Below, one piece after another: positions 1-12,680 of a stretch of DNA of 64,000 bases. This stretch comes from Hydrolagus affinis. Taxonomy: Eukaryota. The notes under the pieces were generated by a model. It searched no databases, was not told the origin of the DNA, and was given only the letters and a program-made list of their open reading frames with translations. Position 1 is the first letter of the stretch. Each line of letters begins with the position of its first letter. The stretch spans positions 62,001 to 126,000 of the forward strand of contig JAAILG010000040.1 in NCBI GenBank assembly GCA_012026655.1. Reading direction: 5' to 3'. Made by a program: the position numbers and the translations under genes.

Positions 1-880
1 TCCGCGATCAACACAGCGACGCTGTCAATCCTGTGGAATGATATGATTTTCCACTTGTCAGCTAATGTCAAAACTCAGGCACAGAACAGCACCACCTGGT
101 GCACCACAGTAAGTGTTTCCATTTCTCAGATTAATTATAATAATAATCCTCGCCTTTGATAAAGTGCCGGTAATGTCGTTATGTCTCAAAATGATTACTG
201 TCAAGTGTAATGACTGTAGGTGTACAGTCATTAATTACACTTTGACTTTTACAGCCATTTACTGTTCAGCAGCAACTGTGTTCATCCAAAATATACACAC
301 CAAAAAACAAGAATAAACGGGAGACAGCTTCCACAAAATAACAAATGCCAAAACAGCGCTCTCCCCTCGCTAGGAATGGGCTATTAATCCATGTCCCAAA
401 TTGGGTATGAATAGACAACGTTCTTACGCAGAAGCAAAAGTGCTACCAACTGAAGCAAGTTGATATCATGTCATTTTTATGTTCTTAAGGAGATTACTGA
501 TGTAATGGCATTCGATAATGAATCAAATTCACTTGATACTAAATATTCAGGTTCCTTTTCTCTTTTGGACTCCGATCTCCTCACTCCCTCTCCTCTAAAA
601 ACGCTTAAATCTTTGATTTCCCTGCTCGGCATCCACCACTACATTTGTCAAGAGTTTTGAGACGTTCTACATTAATGACTCTATCTAAATGCAAGTTGAT
701 GTTGATTTATGGGCAGTGTTGTGTTGGGACAAATACTTTACTGGAAAGAAACCAAGTTCAGGTAATCAAAACTGGTTTCAGCTTCTTTACACTCAATGGA
801 GGGAAGATAATCTTATGCTGTCAATTCACACTGGTGCTCCGGGACTATTCATGTGAGGTTGGCTTTTGAGTAGGGCTACT

Positions 881-1242
881 AATAATAACAATCCTTGCAT
901 TTGATACTACACCTCATCACATCTTCGAGATGTCTCAAAATGCTTCACAGAATATACTGTAAAGTGAACTGATTATATTTTGTGGGCGAAACACAGCAGC
1001 CGATTGTGCGCAGCAGTGACCCACAAACAGTGGTGGATTAGAAAAACTCATTTTTATTTTAAGTAATTATTACTCCCGTTAAAGCGATCCGTCAATCGAC
1101 TAACAACCGGGTTTGTATTTACTGCCAGGTAAACAGAGGCGTGTGGAGTAAGGAAACTTCCCCCAACACTTCGCTCTGCTGGGTATCGAACCCAGGTCTC
1201 TCGCTTATGAGGCGAGTGCTGTAACCACTGAGCTACAAGACT
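881..1242 (-). mobile_element. tRNA-derived SINE, long form
   Basis: Minus strand has box A TAGCTCAGTGG, box B GTTCGATACC, a CORE-like centre (GCCTCTGTTTACCTGGCAGTAAAT), an L2-type 3' end and a (TTA)n tail. Confidence 0.9.
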
Positions 1243-2381
1243 AAACTGTAGCGCTTGGTGTGTCCACCGAGTAAAGAAAATAACCCTTGGCACTTCCTGG
1301 CCACTTGTACTCATCCTGAAATGCACATAAATTCATTCCCAAAAAACGTGGGATTTCTTCAGACTAATTAAAGGGTTCGGTGGATTCTTTCTGGTTTCAG
1401 CTGTTCCTCTATATTTCTCTCGGTACAGTATTTAGCTTCTATCAGCAATTTACGTTCAGATGACTAAAGTAGGTTACATGGTCATTGCACAAAAATGCTC
1501 ATGCACAAACACGTGACAACATTTCTCAAAATATGTTGTGCCGGCCAGCATTCCGGCAATTCGGGCTCCGCGTTTCTTAATGAGGAAATCTGTTAAACAC
1601 TGCAAAATAGCGGAAACTTCTTTCCGCTCGGTTGAAGCTCGCGGAAGCACATTCGCTCGATGATGGGGTTCAGACCAAAAGAAGAGGCTGCTGATTGTAC
1701 AAGGGTATTTACAGTGTCTGGTTCCCTCCGTGTTTTTTTTTCTGACACTGAACTTTTATTTTCTGTTGTGGATAAGCAATATCTGAGACCAGCAACTTGA
1801 CGGTCACTCCATCCATGTTGTGGAAGATGTTGCATGTGAAAAGTACAGCACACACAAGCACCAGTCTTCTGGATGTCTAAAAATGGTTAAACGTGTGTAT
1901 TGAATGCAATCAAGTACTGTACTTTGAAACACAATTACCATCATTATTCCACATGTTTCAGTTATTGGCTAACGCAAAAAAAACACAGTGGGGGATAACA
2001 GGACTTTGTAAACACCCTTTCGGTGCAAAATATAGATAGCATCGCTGGAAGTTATGGACTCCCACTTGCAAAATCAAAGCCAAAGAGGCAAACGTACCAA
2101 TTTGCATTGATCTGTGATACTTGCAAGTTCTTCCTGGCTGCCAGGGAAGGGAAAATAAAAATCAATGTACAACGAGAAATCAATGTTTAATTAAGTAGTT
2201 GTGGTTGGGGAGTCGTATTTTAGGTGTGAACAAAATGGTCTGGGATTTCTCCAGCCCCATTGAACAATTCAGAGAATCATTTCTGGGTTCAGCGACGTGT
2301 TTGTATGTGGTGGCTTGAGTCCATGAAATCTCACTCTGCGTTAGGACAATTTTCACGGCTTTGTGGTTTGTATAAAATATC

Positions 2382-2630
2382 ATAATTATCCTTGCATTTG
2401 ATAAAGCGCTTTTTCACGTTTTCTAGATGTCTCAAAGCGCTTCACAGAATATACTATCAAGTGAATTGACTGTATATATTTGTGGGCAAAACGCAGCAGC
2501 CAATTGCGCACAGCAGTGTCCCACGTCGTGGATTTAAATGACCAATTTATTATAGTTTGGTTTTGGAGGGATTATTATTAGGCATGTGCAGTAAGGATAC
2601 TTGCCCAAGGTTTCGCCCTGACCTACCGGG
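2382..2630 (-). mobile_element. tRNA-derived SINE, short form, 5'-truncated
   Basis: Same body and 3' tail as the other copies; head missing. Confidence 0.85.
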
Positions 2631-4499
2631 AAATAAAAAGCTGAACATGACCACTCTTCTCAAATGAGACCAGATTTTTCCTTTATTTAAACTTGGGCAC
2701 TGTTTGAGGCCACTGGCTTGGGAGCAATGACTGCTCTGCTTCTTGATGGTGCAATATCTAGCATAAGACTCCAGGCTTGTTACTACACATATCGATGATA
2801 AAATGAAAATACTACCGAGACGAGATATGTTAATCCCAGGAGTAAAGCGAGTGGGGGCATATCTCTGTTTTCTTGTTTAAAGTTACCGCTTCAGCACTTG
2901 TTATTGGATTGTAGTTAATGAGGATGAAGTTCTATAAGGATCCAAAGAAGAGATATCATTGAAATTTTAGTGGTTCAACTGAGCTGAGCTGCAATCAAAT
3001 CCAGGCTTTTTTTTTGTGTGGTTGCTGATTTGTGCAGTCAAGCACTTATTTTGCAGTCAAAGAACAAGAGCCCTTAATGTTATTGCAAAACAGGAGCACA
3101 ACAGATGTTTTAATACAGTAAAAAAAACTTCTAATATCCTGCTAATATCCTTTCTCCACAACAGGTATTTCGGAGAGTGTATGAATTAAAGATCCCTGTT
3201 CCTAACCACTTCATCGTGGCTTCATTTCCAGACTTCAAACTGGCCTCTGATACCAGATAAATTCTAACTGATGTGATGTGGCATTGGCTACTAACATGAC
3301 AATAAATGAAGGGAAATATGTTTGAAAAATATGTTTCAAGGGATGGTGCCCTGTTAACAACCTTCCTTTGTTTCAACTTGCTCGTTTCAACAGTGTGTGT
3401 ATCACACAGTTGTCAAACTAGCTTAAATGCATTACTGAGCTTCACGATGAGAGAGCCAAATTACCAGCATAATTGAAATTATGGCATCACCCTAGGTTAA
3501 TGACTAGATCTTTACTGAACTTAATTCAGTCCCTCTTTAGATTGCCCGACTGAATAATTCCACCCGTTTGCCCTGACACTATTATATCATAGCATTTAAA
3601 TAAAAGAAACACTCCTAAATTCATTAGAAATAAACTGAATAAAGTGTTTCTTGTTAAATGGAAGCAATATTCGTTCGTAACAGTTTGAGTTTTAAAAGGG
3701 GCACGACTGGTAGGTCTCACGTTATTACAATGTAGGGTAGAATAAAAACGTCTCCATTAATTGGAGGCCATTGCAGCTGTCCTCTAAGTACAACAATCAT
3801 CGAGTTTCATTAATAGCTTTCTATAAGTGGCAACACTGTCAGACACTGTACAGACAGACATTGCTCTTACCTCTGCAAAAGCCAATTTTACAAATGGCAT
3901 TTTACCCCAGCAATTGTTGTTCTCCGCTACTTGTCTCCATCTCCTTTATTTTCTGGGGCTATCGGATTTCTCTGTCCATTCCTCAGCCACTCATAAGAGA
4001 AACTGGCCTATTTCTGGCTGTTAAATTCTGTTAATATTGGTTTCTTTCTCTCTTCCTTGATCTCTGTCCCAAAACGTCTCCAGAGATTTCCCTGTTTGAC
4101 ATATTTCCCAATGTCTCCCATGTAATTTCTTCTCTAGCTCAACACTGTCTCGTCAACATTGGGGTCACGAGACATTCTGGAGCCCGTGTATCTCTTCTTA
4201 ATCCTCCCGGTTCTTCACAGGGTTAGTTGCAAACAGGGTTGCTGCACAATTGCGCTGAAAATAACTGTGAATGTGATCCAATGTCAACACATTTATCTAA
4301 TGGCAGAGAAAAATGCCATTAAGTTAAAGTAACATGCAGGACCTAATTGGAGAAAGAAAATTTGAATACATGTTTGAAGGACATTATTTGGAACATACTT
4401 ATTTGAATATAGTCTATGGAATTTGTATTTTACAGCTTGAATTATATTTTCGTCAGCACCAAAATAAATAACATTATTAATTTATGTCTTACTCCCCGG

Positions 4500-4750
4500 T
4501 CGTGAGACTGGTCTTGAAGGAGGCAAGGGAGGAAGTGAGACGGAGGGACTGTGGGATAGAACTCTAGATTGTGGAGGCAGAGAAGCTCAAAGCCCAGCCA
4601 TCGATAGTAGGGTGGTTTAGGCGGGAGACATGGAGCAGGTTGAACAGAGGGCAGGTTGGTAGGGAGTCAGCAGGTCGGAAAGGTATGGATGCCCTTGAAA
4701 GCGAGGACGAGGATCCTGAATTCTATCCTCTGGCGGATGCGGAGTCAATG
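4500..4750 (-). mobile_element. L2-clade LINE 3' fragment
   Basis: Purine-rich plus strand similar to 13900-14295 (CCTTGAAAGYGAGG..GAGGAT..TGAA); degenerate C-terminal region of the RT ORF. Confidence 0.65.
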
Positions 4751-6429
4751 CAGCCGGAAGAGGGATGGAGCTGGTCACTTCTGCTGCAATGATTGATGAG
4801 AGTCTACATTCAGCAACTCTGCCACTTGTTGGTTCAGGAACACACCTGTAGTTCCTGCAGTATCATTGACCGCTATTCCGTGCACCTATTTAATGTCCTG
4901 ATAGTGTCTCAATGCCAATGGTATGTGTATTGTTCAGGAGAAAAGATGTTCAGCCTCACAGTCCTTCATTCAAAATATCCTCAGAATAAAATGCAACTGG
5001 CGTATCCCGAACTGTGCTTGACATACTTGGTGGAGTTGGAAAAAATGACTTTACAAAATAGTTATTTGTAGCCTGTATCACTTTAGTTTTGAAGGGCAAT
5101 TGTGTTATATTCATGTCAGGATCCTGCCTTTGAACGTGGCTACAGTAACACTTGGTTTTCTGAGCACTTGTGCTCAATAATGCATCTTGTTCCCTTGGCT
5201 TTCCTAAGGGGAAAGGCTGATTACAATAAAAGGCACAGTTGGCATGCAGATCAAGATTAGATTGTAATGAAGACACCAAAATCAATGTTTGTATAGATAA
5301 GGGAAGCCAGTTTGGCACATTTCAGTCAAGCCCCATTATAAGACCTTTGCACCCATATAAGCTTAATGCAGGTTTCATTGGAAGTGTAAACAACCAACAG
5401 TTACTTAACAAAGAAAGCTAAAAATGCACACAAAAATGTTACCTCTTACATAATGTGCATGTTGAAAGCTGACAGACTGAAATTGTGCCCCATTATACAG
5501 GGGTTGGGATTTTTATTGACACCCAACTATTGTCTTATAATAGTGTTCGCCTGTATTTACGAGAATACCAAATGCACCTTTCCTTCAGCTTCTCAACAAG
5601 CAATGGTTCAAATTCTAGGTTTGATGGGCGTAGGTTAATTGAGTTCAAAATAACAGCACCAGATATTCAGGTCTTGTAATTCCCTGCTTGTGCTGTTGAG
5701 AGCTACAAACTTGCATTTAGAAATTTCCGCAAATTCAGATGAATCGACTGCTAATCTCATTGTTGAGTACAGGATATTGCCAGTGCTGATCAGCTGTTGC
5801 ACTTGAACAACAATCACTCTGTTTCTAATCAATTTTCTTTTGGAAAGTGCTTTGAGTTGTTTTATTTTATGTGAAAGATGTAGTATAAATGCAGGTCGTT
5901 TCAATTTGGATTCAGCTGACAAAGCCATTTCTCAAATACTGAACGGAATCACTCCAATTTTTGCAAAATGTCGGCTTGGATGTACATTCTTACTACCTTG
6001 CCTCTATTCATCTGATAACGATTTATGCCCGTAATGGCCCTAAATGGCTTTAATATTAAGCAAGGGATTGACTTGAAAAGTTAGCACAGTGTGGGTAATG
6101 CAAAATAGCAGGTTGCATTGATTTTTCTGGCACTCAGTCATGTGTAACAGAGTTAAAGTATAAAGTAAATGTTATCATCTGTGTAAAATAATACTGGTAG
6201 TGAAGGGCGCAGCAACAGCTGCGGTGAAATCACAGGAGCAATGGCAGTGTGCCTGCCTCTGTAGTAGTGATTGGACTCATAATGGATCCTGAGGCTATGG
6301 GGCGGAGAGTGGATGCAGTAGGGACAGTCAAAACAAACGTTTGTTTCGAAGAAAAGGACGTGATGGTGAATCAGTTGCAGAAAGGAAAATAAAATCAGGC
6401 AAATAATGAGGCTGAATGAATTTAGGACT

Positions 6430-7155
6430 TTCAGCCTGTTTTCCCCACCCTCTGGAACTCCATCCCAAAGTCGCTTCAACTAATTCCCTTGTTTCCTTCA
6501 AGATCTTCCTCCCGACATGAAAGGCGCTATACAAATGTAATTTTGTTGCTGTTGTTGTTTTTGTTCCTCTTTGACTGCCTTGGTCATCTTTCCCCCTCCT
6601 CCCCACCCCCCTCCTCCCCACCCCCATCTCAGTGCAAACATTGGTGCTTTGAGACATCCTCCCGACGGGAAAGGTGCTATATAAATGTAAATTTGTATTG
6701 TATTGAATAACGGGGTTAACTCAGTGAGAAAATAGCATTGGAAATAGTGCCACTCAATATAACATTCTCTCTGGAATTCCAGGTTTGCAGGTTTCTTTGA
6801 CGTGCTCACTCCCCTCTTTAAAGGTGAACCTCTTTGACTGCTCGTTCGATCATCTATTCACCCCCCATCCACACCTCAGCTCCAGTTTTTAGGCAGAATT
6901 GTGAAGCATTTTGGGACGTCCGCTCAACATGACAAGCTTCTACCTAAGTGTAAATTGCATTGCAATTGTATCGTGTTGTTTGATGTTGTTACATCCTGTT
7001 GGATTTCAGGTCACAGCTAAAGACCTTTCTCTTTGATCGCGCCTTTGGTCACCTTTCTACCCCTGCCCTTGGCTCGGTCCCGGGATCCGCTATTGTGAAG
7101 CGCTCTGTAGACGCCGTCCGGAGGGCGCTATGTGAATCGAAGTTGTTGTTGTTTT
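6430..7155 (+). mobile_element. Cluster of four tandem L2-type LINE 3' ends
   Basis: Repeated CTCTTTGAYY..GCCTTTGGTCA...GAAAGGCGCTATAYAAATGTAA units ending in (TTG)n or (TTGTA)n tails. Confidence 0.75.
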
Positions 7156-8100
7156 GGGGTGATCTCAATAACAAGCAATCCAAACTTCATGTTTCATAGC
7201 TTTTTTTAAACCTGCTTCTGCAGAAATGTACTGTACATTGAAGAAATTCTTACATTAAAAATCACCTGCAGTTTTTAAAAAATATACATAATGATGATTG
7301 GAAGTCAGAAACAAATGCATTCAATCCTTTCGAGCAAGGAAATTTCTTACATCAAGGCAGTAATTACAGCTGCCTTCTGTAAAAGGATACTAATGTGTTT
7401 AGATAACGCTCTAATGCTTCTCTAAGAGAGATCTTCTGCTGGTTTAACTCAATGGCAGAGTCTGATTCCTAGGATATGCCCAACAAAATGCTATGAGGCC
7501 ATGGTTGATACAAACATAAACTGAAAAGCACTTTCCAGACACTCAGTTACTTTAGAAATGTGATAGCGATTCAGCCATTAATCCAGCGCTTTTCTGATGT
7601 TTGAGTAGCTTTTAGATTCCACTTTCGGTTGTGATTCCTTCAAGAGAAACGGTATTACTTTTCTAGAGTAAATATGCTTTTATTTTAACATTACAGAAAG
7701 GACAATGAAATGTCAGCATAGTCACTTAGCTCCTCAAATATTTATGGTATTCCAAACACTGAATAATCCCCACAAGAGGGATGGTGATGGAACACAAATT
7801 TTACAGTGGTGCATGGTTGTGAATTATACATAGCTTGCTTGCACTGAGCTAAGACTTCTATTATTCTGGACATCTCCCTAGTTACCAGTACTAATTCATC
7901 CACAATAATAATCAATGTGAAACGAAACCCAAAAGCCAGCAAGAACATTTTCTGTCCAGCGTACAATGCTCTTTCAAAAGTTTAGTGAAGAGGAACGATT
8001 GAAAATCAAACACATCTATACTGAGCATAGTATTTCAACAGAAGCCTGCATTTATACAAATTGTGATTAAAGTTCGAGCGCTTGTTTTATGACCTCAAGC

Positions 8101-8402
8101 AAATAATAATGCTAATCCTTGCATATGATACAGCACCTAATCACATCTCCGAGAGGTCACAGAAAATACTGTAGAGTGACTGTATTTTGTGGACAAATTA
8201 TGGCAGCCAATTGCACACAGCGGTGTTCCACAAACGGTCGTGAATTGATTGACCAAATGCTTTTTTTGAAGGGAGTACTACCCCTGGAAGGAGAACCGCC
8301 AATCAATTAACAACCGAGTTCCTACTTACTGCTAGGCAAACTGCCAGCCCGGGTCTTCTCACTTGCCGGCCGAGTGCTCTAACCACTACACTATGGGACT
8401 CC
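8101..8402 (-). mobile_element. tRNA-derived SINE, long form, internally deleted
   Basis: Tail at 8101; head GGAGTCCCATAGTGTAGTGGTTAGAGCAC on the minus strand. Confidence 0.8.
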
Positions 8403-10349
8403 AAACTGCAATCAAACTAAACACAGAACACTAATCAAAACTCTTACTCGGATTGGAAACGTGGAGTTTCTAAGTGACACTCGAAGAGCTGAGCAATCCA
8501 CAATTCAGTCACTATGTACTTAACATTTGAAAAATGATTGTCAAAAAATCTTCAAGAAAGTTTTTATGCCTTTTAAAAAGAACCTGAAACTCGTTCTACT
8601 TGGAAATGGTTAGCGCCCAAGGACCTAGAGGATTGGCTTTTATATAGTCAGATCCTTCCAATGTCAAATCTTTGTTGCAACTTAATTCCTAATAGTGCCT
8701 TGGAGCTTTATTACTGCAGAATGCAATCTAAAACATTATCAGCAGGCTCAAATTGTGCACATGCGCATTCTTTAACCCAACCAAACACCTTACGTTCCCT
8801 TTCATGCCTTCAGCTGTTTGTGGTCTTCACGTCAGCCGTTGTTAACATGCTGTGGAGGTACCTACTAGCAACAAAGAAACTAAGCTCCTTCCTAAGACTT
8901 AACACATGTTTGTTATAAATCCATTCAAATTCCCATCTGATTTAATAATGCTATTTGGGTGTAATTTATGTTATTAAAACGACAGCTGAAGTATTAGACT
9001 ATTTGCTTGCATTTTGATTTTACCCTGCAGACATGTTACTTTAATTAAGAAACATCCTTACAATGCTATCAAATATCCACTTACTAATGTGCAAATAGAG
9101 TTTTGCACATTGGATGTACAAGTGTTTTCCCTAAAACACTAATCACGTTATCCAGAGTGAATTATTTGATTGTCACCTCGAAAGCTGCTCCCATGTGCAT
9201 TTTTAACTTTGGGGAATGTGATTGAATGCATCAATATGAATCAATATTCTGTTCAGCACAATGTATTTAAGCTGTTGTTGGGTTATTAAAATGATATGGT
9301 ACGTTTATGGGATTCTCTCGATTTACAACTGAGCTAATTGTGCCATGTTTTGCTTACACGCAGAATTGTCACTTAGCGAAAGGGATCTGTAGTTAGAAAT
9401 TGGTGCACATAAGACAACAGGCTTCTCAGTACAGACAGCGGCTGGTACTTCAGTCCACAAAGGTATCTGGGTGTGTTTTATAGTTTGTGTCTCGGAAAAC
9501 ACATACTATAAAACACACTGCACGCACCTTACAATCAGAATTCCATGTGCTATGCTTTGGCCAGTAAAACGATTTGGAATAGGAAAGAGCATTTGTACTT
9601 CAAAATCTCATTGCCCGGAGGATCTAAGGATATGTTGAATGTACCAAGCAGATGCATGCACGGTAGATTGCTACTGGGTACCAAATGATGGTTAGCATCT
9701 TAATCTTATTACTAAGCTAGAAGCAATACCACCCAACAATTTTCAAGGGACCATTTTTGAGAGGTGCCTGAATGACTTAGTCCCACCTGCAACCACGCTG
9801 CAACTATTCAAAGGGATTTCTTCGTGGAATCAGTTCATCAGGACAAGTTTCCTCCAGGGCAAGTTCCTCTCAAACACAATTCTCTTGCATCGATAGGGCA
9901 AGGTTTCACACAGATTCAAATTGAGAAGCACTCCATGAAGCACTCCATCAAAGCACTGAAATAACGGCTCTCCTTTCATCTTGTCCTTCCTTGCTGCCAA
10001 CTCAGCACTTCCTTCACAGGCATCCGCAATCATATGTGCAGAAAATATCATATACACTCATACTGTATTGGTAATCAGATGCACCAAATAGGACAAGGAC
10101 CATTGCTAAACCAATTAGTACATAATTGGTGTATTTAGGGGGAAGAGACGAAAAGACACATAAGAAGATACACTAAGTTGTAGCAATTTAATTAGTAATG
10201 GATTCAATTCTAATAATAATACTATTCATTTTTGCATTTGATCTAGCGCTTTCACGTCTTCTGGATGTCTCAAAGCGCTTCACAGAATATACTGTAGAGT
10301 GAAATGACTGTAAATTTGTGGGTGATTTATTATTTCAGCAAGATTAGCA

Positions 10350-10590
10350 CAAGCAGAAAATAGAGTGGGTTCGAAGATTTTATTTTACACAGAGGATTGT
10401 TAGAACATGGTATGCCTTACCTCCAGCTGTTAAAGCTGAGACCAAAGCTGCCTATAAAAACAACTGAGTAAATACTCAAGGAAACCAACATGAAATGACA
10501 TGAAGAAGAGCAGGGACAATGGGATTAGACAGCACCAGCTCACAAAACCATTAGACCAAGATGGCTTCCTTCTGCACTGCAAACACTACA
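10350..10590 (+). mobile_element. CR1-clade LINE 3' fragment (similar fragments at 24600-24860, 39690-40085, 46200-46380, 47440-47600, 49550-49670, 57940-58140, 62270-62425)
   Basis: TTTTACACAGAGGATTGTTAGAACATGGTATGCCTTACC (F-T-Q-R-x-V-x-x-W-x-x-L-P motif), followed by a CR1-type 3' UTR (GACCAAGATGGCTTCCTTCTG). Confidence 0.7.
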
Positions 10591-11411
10591 TGATACCAGA
10601 ACTCCCTCTTTTTTTTACAAATTGTAACTTAGTTTGAACCTTTCGGGATAAAGGATAACAGTTTGCCTTCGTTACTCAGGTCATAATGAGCACGAGTGTG
10701 AAAGTTAAGATATAAATGCATCAGATTCGCAACATGAAAATTATAATTTAATAACTCAATCTCTGTAATAGCAAAAATTCCTTTCCTTGTTGAAAACATT
10801 GCCGCTGGCTACAAAATCGGCACAAGCTGCATTAAAACTACAGCATTCAATTACTAGGAAGTGATTGATTTGGTTAGTATAGCGTCTAAGTTAAGTGTTG
10901 TAACAGCAATTCCTTTACGCACTTCAATTCTGAAGGAGCAGATGTGAGAAATGCAAAACTCAAAATAAGAAACAGAAGCCATTATACCTTCAGAAAAAAA
11001 AATCAACATTTGTCCAACTTGCATTCGTAAAGAATATTTTTAAAGACAAATTGGTAACATGTCTTGCCAATCCTGATCAGGTGGAAAGAATTTAAACATT
11101 TTAAACAGAGCAGATACAAATCACCTGAAATGTTACTCCACAAAACACACGATTACTACATTTTGCAATATAGCCTGTGAAGCTCTTTGTGGTGTCCTTA
11201 TGACGTGAAAGGTACTAAACTATACTAAATACAGTATTAGGATTATTTTTAAATAGTCCTCGTTCTAAAAGCAAACCATCACAAATCAAATAGTGCAGTA
11301 TTTATAAACTCTTAAATGCAAAGATTGAAATGTGTTGGTAAATAAATAGGTGAAGGTGAGACTTCTACTCTAGTTAATTATAATGTCAGAGTGTTTTTTT
11401 TTACTACTTAC

Positions 11412-11534
11412 TGAGTTGGTATTGAAGCAAGTATCCCGTGAGAATGCCATTGGGTTTTACTGGAGGTCCCCACATTAGTGTTACTGCGTTCTTAGCAATG
11501 CTTGCTATTCTGAGGAAGGCGGGCTGCTCAGGTA
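11412..11534 (-). CDS. CHL1: L1-family CAM (CHL1-like) coding exon, first part of FNIII-4 (absent from the ORF track)
   Basis: ttctgacag|TA CCT GAG CAG CCC...CAA CTC A|gtaagt; 123 nt, phase 1-1; (V)PEQPAFLRIASIAKNAVTLMWGPPVKPNGILTGYLLQYQL; VPEQPxFL and LTGYLLQYQ are the strongest CHL1 diagnostics in the window. Confidence 0.93.
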
Positions 11535-12680
11535 CTGTCAGAAGGAAACAAAAGGTAAAAACACATCAGTTAATGATAGTTTATTGCTCCATTAGTATCA
11601 CCAATGTTTTGAAAGTACTAATCCAGTTAGTATGCTTCATAACCAATGCGCATTCAACACACTGGGACATCCTCCTGACCTGAAAGGCGCTATACAAATG
11701 CAATTTGTTGTTGTTGTTATTCGATTAGAGAAAGTAACAATTCTATGTATTATTGTTGGAAAATTAAATTGCTGCCTTTCTGGATTTCCTGTTGACATCC
11801 TAGACTCTCATCTTACATGTCTGTTGTGATATCGCCATTTACGCCATTCCCATATCGAGATCTTCAATTAAATTTTTGAGCAGATGGCAGTTTATGTAAT
11901 GGTACAACAGACAGAAACATTGCGTTTCGACCAAGCAATGTGTCTGACTTTTCCGATCAATATCCGCACTCAACCACCCTTCAACTGCCTATAAAGTTCT
12001 ATTGTCAGTAAAACTGAAGTTCTTGAACTCTCTTCCTTCCATTTTAATTTCAGCAAGTTCCATTTCTTCCAATCTTTCAGTCATAACTCATGCTTCGAAC
12101 ATTCTAAAAGATCTGGGGAATTAAATCGTTAAATCTTTGTCACCTCTTTCATTTCTGTCTGCTTATTCATAACGAATCTGAACACTGTTGGCAGATGTGC
12201 TCATACATTCAATCAACTTAAATGGTTCCTGGTGTTAGACCGTGTAATATGTGAGGCATCATTAATGTCTTTTTTGGACTTAATTATCTTTATTATACAA
12301 GAATAGCGCTAATACAGTTTGAGGGGAAAAAAAACATTTTTTTCACCCTGCCTTCTGCTTGAATTACAAAGAGAATTTTTCAACAAGCACCTCAAGATAG
12401 CTAAAATATTTAATTAGTTCCTAAATTTCAACAAACCTCATCTTAACCTGGTGAGGGTAAAATATGAACTTTGAAGCAGTTAAACCGCAGCAAACCGTGC
12501 AGGCGCTACAGATTCTAAACTATCTGCAACAATATTTAAAAATTTGATCCTTTCAGGAATTTCACATAAGGCTGCAACACTCGTTTTAACACACAACAAG
12601 TTGGCAAAAATAAATTCACCCACTGAGATGTAGATTTGTTCAACCGTCTGTTATACATATTGTACAATTCAACTCCTTAC

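Noticed and set aside
1-11411. Expected next CHL1 exon (second half of FNIII-4), and the upstream Ig6 exon in 55541-64000
   Set aside because: I found no segment with matching motifs and splice phase by eye; both probably lie outside the window. tBLASTn with CHL1 would settle this.
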